Positions 13,359 to 15,101 of a stretch of DNA of 15,101 nt are shown piece by piece (position 1 is the stretch's first letter; every line of letters begins with the position of its first letter). The translations under genes and the position numbers were made by a program. The stretch is from Candidatus Undinarchaeota archaeon (GTDB lineage: Archaea > Undinarchaeota > Undinarchaeia > Undinarchaeales > UBA543): assembly GCA_964636545.1 (NCBI GenBank), contig CAZWSR010000014.1, positions 1 through 15,101 of the forward strand. Reading direction: 5' to 3'. Under the pieces are notes generated by a model. The model made no database searches. It saw nothing but the letters and a program-made list of their open reading frames with translations, and was not told where the DNA came from.

Positions 13359-14061
13359 GAAAGTTTCATCAAAAAAAGAATTAAAAATGCTTGGACTAGA
13401 AACAAATATCCTGTACCACATTTTTGCATATCAATTTCATGATAAGAATTTTGAGGGACGATTATACAAACCATCAGAATTGATGATGAGTGGTTTGGTG
13501 GATGTGTCTGGAGATAGTATGCATACATTGAGATATTCTTTAACAAACCTTCGAGCAACTGGTCTTGTGAAAATGGCACTTTCACGAGTTATGGGAAAAA
13601 CAGGAAAAAGAGAGATTTACATATTAACAGAAAATGGAATTCAAATTGTAAAAGAGATGATGGAAGGAATTTGGGCAACTAAAAAAGACATTATAAAATA
13701 CTATTATAAAGAAGTGCCCTGGACTGCGAGATTAATTAAAAACACTTTGAGTGCTAGTGATAAGATACTGATACATTTAAAATTCGCAGGAACGAGAATT
13801 AAAAAGAGAGATAATCCTCCTGAAATAACAAGAGGGGGTATTGCTGATGCTATAAAGAACAGTGGCGGAGTTTTGTCAACTCATATGAAAAAATTAAAAG
13901 AAAATAAAATGATATTAGAATATTCAAGAATGGTTACTGGACGCGAATTTAAACTGTATGTTTTCAAATTATCTAAAAAAGGGAATCAATTAGCAATTAA
14001 AATAATCAAAGAGCTTGAGCTGAGAAAAGGTAGTTGGGAACAACTTATGAAAAAAGACTAA
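13351..14061 (+). CDS. Putative transcriptional regulator with two tandem winged-helix domains
   Basis: Two HTH-wing-helix patterns: LTNLRATGLVKM...REIYILTENG and ITRGGIADAI...LSTHMKKLKENKMI...VFKLSKKG. Overlaps the upstream gene by 8 nt. Confidence 0.7.
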   Translation: MDRKVSSKKELKMLGLETNILYHIFAYQFHDKNFEGRLYKPSELMMSGLVDVSGDSMHTLRYSLTNLRATGLVKMALSRVMGKTGKREIYILTENGIQIVKEMMEGIWATKKDIIKYYYKEVPWTARLIKNTLSASDKILIHLKFAGTRIKKRDNPPEITRGGIADAIKNSGGVLSTHMKKLKENKMILEYSRMVTGREFKLYVFKLSKKGNQLAIKIIKELELRKGSWEQLMKKD

Positions 14062-14534
14062 TCTTTCTTTTCTTCTTCTTTTTCGTTTTTAAGTTCAACT
14101 GTGTTGTCTTTTGCAACTTCGTCAGATGGCTTTAATGTCACTCTTGGTAACTGAACAGCAGGAGGAAGTTTGATTTCTCTAGAAATTAACAAAGATTCCA
14201 CACTAGATGCTGAAAGAATAGCGTTCTGAACTAACTCAAATGTACCTGGTTTTAGAACAACTTTTCCATCTTGAATATCAGAAACTTGAGTAAGTTTTGG
14301 TTCATAAAAAACAACTTCACCACAGATTTCAATACTGCCAAGATCTGGCTCATAATTTGCATTATAAGAAAAATCAATAAGAAGGCACTCGCCGAGCTTA
14401 CCGAACTTGTCTTTGACAATATTGTTTATCTTGGTTCCACTGTTGATTTTAAGTCCGTCGTTCAGGTTAGCACCCTTTTCAGGTTTTTTCCTGCTTGCAT
14501 TTATTTTTGTAAAGGTTAAATCTACTATAGGCAT
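14058..14534 (-). CDS. Conserved archaeal hypothetical protein (possibly SecB-like fold)
   Basis: The MPIVDLTFTKINA...F.Y...YEP..G.I...G.V...LPP.VQLP.V pattern resembles, from memory, a conserved archaeal family. ATG 14534 is preferred over 14555 because it follows GGAGAGGGG and a CTTATAAAC box lies at 14572-14580. The fold is an inference. Confidence 0.7.
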   Translation of the reverse strand: MPIVDLTFTKINASRKKPEKGANLNDGLKINSGTKINNIVKDKFGKLGECLLIDFSYNANYEPDLGSIEICGEVVFYEPKLTQVSDIQDGKVVLKPGTFELVQNAILSASSVESLLISREIKLPPAVQLPRVTLKPSDEVAKDNTVELKNEKEEEKKD

Positions 14535-14598
14535 TTTTGTTTTTCCCCTCTCCATTTTAACAGAACCTGCTGTTTATAAGTTTTGGGGGATACATTGA

Positions 14599-15101
14599 TT
14601 AATAACCAGGACATTCTTTTTCGATTTCCGTTGAAACTTTGTCTTTGTATGTTTTGTTGAAATGTTTTTTGAATTCTTGTGCTAATTTTTTAGCTGCGAG
14701 ATTGTAAGCGGTTTTGTCATCCCACGTGCTTTCAGGATTCAAAACTTTTTCAGGAATTCCTGGGCAGGTTTTAGGAACTGAAATATTGAATAAGTTATTT
14801 TCAGTATATTCCACATTTTCCAAATCACCATCAAGCGCACAATTAACCATTTGTCGAGTTAGATTAATATCTATTCGTTTTCCAACACCGTACGGACCAC
14901 CAGTCCAGCCAGTGTTAATAAGATAAACAGTTGTGTTGTGCTTGTCCATTTTCTCGCCAAGCAGTTTGACATAAACAGTTGGAGGCCTTGGTAGAAACGG
15001 CTCTCCGAAAAAGCGAGAGAATGTGCTGACAGGATCTACAACCCCAGTTTCAGTTCCTGCAAGTTTGCTAGTGTAGCCCATTAAAAACCACAACATTGCG
15101 C
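14599..15101 (-). CDS. pckA: Phosphoenolpyruvate carboxykinase (ATP), C-terminal part (5' end outside window)
   Basis: GYTSKLAGTETG, PVSTFSRFFGEPF, VYLINTGWTGGPYGVGKRI, LNPESTW. The frame stays open to the right edge. Confidence 0.95.
   Translation of the reverse strand, partial: AMLWFLMGYTSKLAGTETGVVDPVSTFSRFFGEPFLPRPPTVYVKLLGEKMDKHNTTVYLINTGWTGGPYGVGKRIDINLTRQMVNCALDGDLENVEYTENNLFNISVPKTCPGIPEKVLNPESTWDDKTAYNLAAKKLAQEFKKHFNKTYKDKVSTEIEKECPGY

Noticed and set aside
12004-14926. Short alternative-strand or alternative-frame ORFs over thiI, the wHTH gene and pckA
   Set aside because: They overlap confidently assigned genes and have no independent support.

Overview
Chromosomal window from an archaeon, probably a DPANN-type lineage (inferred from TATA-box promoters about 30 nt upstream of starts, a CCA-less tRNA, CxxC-type ThiI and CxDSDG-repeat surface proteins). 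The left half (minus strand) holds two cysteine-rich membrane-anchored surface proteins, one with a cohesin-like domain and the start of a dockerin motif and missing from the ORF track. Next come a tightly coupled lipoprotein / rhomboid / class II aldolase-Zn ribbon / GDPD / PGPGW operon and a Zn-finger + triple thioredoxin-fold protein. The centre is a cysteine locus (tRNA-Cys(GCA), cysteine synthase, cysS) facing a divergent two-gene ThiI system and a tandem wHTH regulator. The right end has a conserved archaeal hypothetical protein and the 3' part of pckA. The top finding is an unannotated, apparently leaderless 13-codon ORF, MMNTDKICCCCCC*, directly upstream of tRNA-Cys-cysteine synthase-cysS and followed by U-rich tracts: a candidate polycysteine leader-peptide attenuator in an archaeon. 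Other findings include a second SD-led uORF or possible frameshift over the cysteine synthase start, and heptamer-repeat inverted elements between genes with related arrays inside a CDS.
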